This document shows, in pieces, positions 24,200 to 25,297 of a stretch of 25,297 nucleotides of DNA. Location: positions 1 through 25,297 of the IMG/VR virus record IMGVR_UViG_3300038492_000162; one strand, given 5' to 3'. Numbering within the stretch: the first letter of the stretch is position 1; each line of letters begins with the position of its first letter. A program made the position numbers and the translations under genes. The notes under the pieces are model-generated. The model was given only the letters and a program-made list of their open reading frames with translations, had not been told where the DNA came from and ran no database searches. The stretch comes from a virus (taxonomy: Duplodnaviria; Caudoviricetes).

Positions 24200-25297
24200 A
24201 AGCTTTTAATAAAATGTTCGCGCTTATAGCGTTGTTTTTGCTCGCCTTCTGCGGCGACGTGTTCGCTCAGACGTGCAGGGTCTATGCGACTGTATTCAAT
24301 CCAGACTCGACCACAAAAAACGGCATAAAGTTTGAGCTCAGAGAAGTTTCGAAAGATGGCTTTCTGATTTCTCAGCGCAAGGTGACAAAGCGAACCAAGG
24401 GTGCGGGATATGTCTTTTTTAACATCCTGCAGGGCGCAACAGCCAAGATTGAAGCGGACGTGCCGGGCTTTGATGTCAGGGGTGGCGTTTCGGTTAGTAT
24501 TCCCGCCCAGGACAGCGTAGCGCTTCACACGCTTGTTTCAAGTACATCGGTGCCGGTAGGAAAAGAGATCGTCGATGTGTCGGCATACGGCGTCCACCAC
24601 GACAGCAGCGCCACGCACAACTCAAGCAAGATCGCCGAGGCTTGCGCATTTGCCAGGGCACGGGGTTATGGCACAATTTATTTCCCGGCCTTCCGCGATA
24701 CAGTTCATATCAAAAACAGGATTATTCTTGATTGGGCAGGGGCGAGTATGCTCGGCGCGGGAACGCGAAATACTATCCTGAAGCCGTCAGCAGACTTTGA
24801 CCTGACGTGGACATATGGCCCAAGCATCGGCGGCGGCGCCATTGTTCTTGGAGATAGTATTCACGGCGGGAAAGTCTCAGACTTCTCCATCGATTATGAG
24901 TACAGAATTAAGTCAGGCTCGAACGGCGTCGGCAATGGCGTTCAGCTTGTCAATCCGACGGACTACCTTGTTGAAAGAGTCAATCTTTACCGGGTGACAG
25001 GGCACACCTACGGAATATGGCTAACCGAAGATATCAAAAACGTCACGGTGCAATACTGCCGACTTGAAGGAGACCCGGATAACGCCAACATCGGGACCGG
25101 CCTTGCGTCCACCACCGAGCTCATTCAGGTAAGCGGGCAGTCTGCGACAGGCGTCAATATCATCAAGAATTACATCCAAGGGTCGTCGCTCAACGGGCTT
25201 TTCGTTTACAACAGCGGATCCACTGGCGACGCCATGTACGATGTGAACGTCTACGGAAACACGTTCAAAGACTGCTATTCGATCGTGACTGGGAAAC
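24196..25297 (+). CDS. 3'-truncated right-handed beta-helix (pectate-lyase-like) tailspike/depolymerase-like protein with signal peptide; absent from the ORF track
   Basis: TTG 24196 overlaps the upstream TGA after a GAGGAG SD (alternative ATG 24214) and the frame is open to the window end. MKAFNKMFALIALFLLAFCGDVFA-Q...VDVSAYGV...GTIYFPA...LGAGTRNTILK...NVTVQYC...NIIKNYI...VYGNTF. Confidence 0.85.
   Translation, partial: MKAFNKMFALIALFLLAFCGDVFAQTCRVYATVFNPDSTTKNGIKFELREVSKDGFLISQRKVTKRTKGAGYVFFNILQGATAKIEADVPGFDVRGGVSVSIPAQDSVALHTLVSSTSVPVGKEIVDVSAYGVHHDSSATHNSSKIAEACAFARARGYGTIYFPAFRDTVHIKNRIILDWAGASMLGAGTRNTILKPSADFDLTWTYGPSIGGGAIVLGDSIHGGKVSDFSIDYEYRIKSGSNGVGNGVQLVNPTDYLVERVNLYRVTGHTYGIWLTEDIKNVTVQYCRLEGDPDNANIGTGLASTTELIQVSGQSATGVNIIKNYIQGSSLNGLFVYNSGSTGDAMYDVNVYGNTFKDCYSIVTGK

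Larger units (their letters stand above)
1..25297 (+). mobile_element. Tailed phage/prophage segment (replication, packaging, head and tail modules), siphovirus-like
   Basis: Canonical order terS-terL-portal-protease-capsid-neck-tube-chaperones-tape measure-tail tip. All genes are on + and tightly coupled by ATGA/TTGA/GTGA overlaps. No sheath gene is seen. Prophage versus free phage cannot be decided. Confidence 0.97.

Noticed and set aside
888-24204. Frequent AAGCTT sites (roughly 18 by eye)
   Set aside because: Plausibly explained by AAG-CTT and GAA-GCT codon usage; it needs a Markov-corrected count that I cannot run.
1-25297. CRISPR array, DGR, integrase/att site, transposase, lysis cassette
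   Set aside because: No spaced direct repeats, reverse transcriptase, recombinase or endolysin motifs were seen. The 2-TM protein (4578) and lipoprotein (6300) are not enough to call holin or spanin.

Overview
The whole window is one co-oriented (+ strand) segment of a tailed dsDNA phage or prophage, probably siphovirus-like. It runs from the end of the replication genes through a C5 DNA methyltransferase, a RecU-like nuclease and small accessory genes, then TerS/TerL, portal, ClpP protease/scaffold, capsid, neck, tail tube, frameshifted tail chaperones and tape measure, to tail-tip proteins and a truncated beta-helix spike. No integrase, att site, lysis gene or host gene is visible. Three signals stand out. 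(1) A ~166-nt tRNA-shaped RNA (5259-5424) has its anticodon loop replaced by a three-way junction carrying two perfectly complementary 7-nt loops, and lies downstream of a sigma70-like promoter. (2) The methyltransferase locus is dual-coded over ~1.2 kb, resembling the M.EcoHK31I alpha/beta arrangement. (3) Several proteins, two of them in the virion module, carry Sec-type signal peptides followed by Gln. All calls come from by-eye motif recognition; no searches or folding programs were run.
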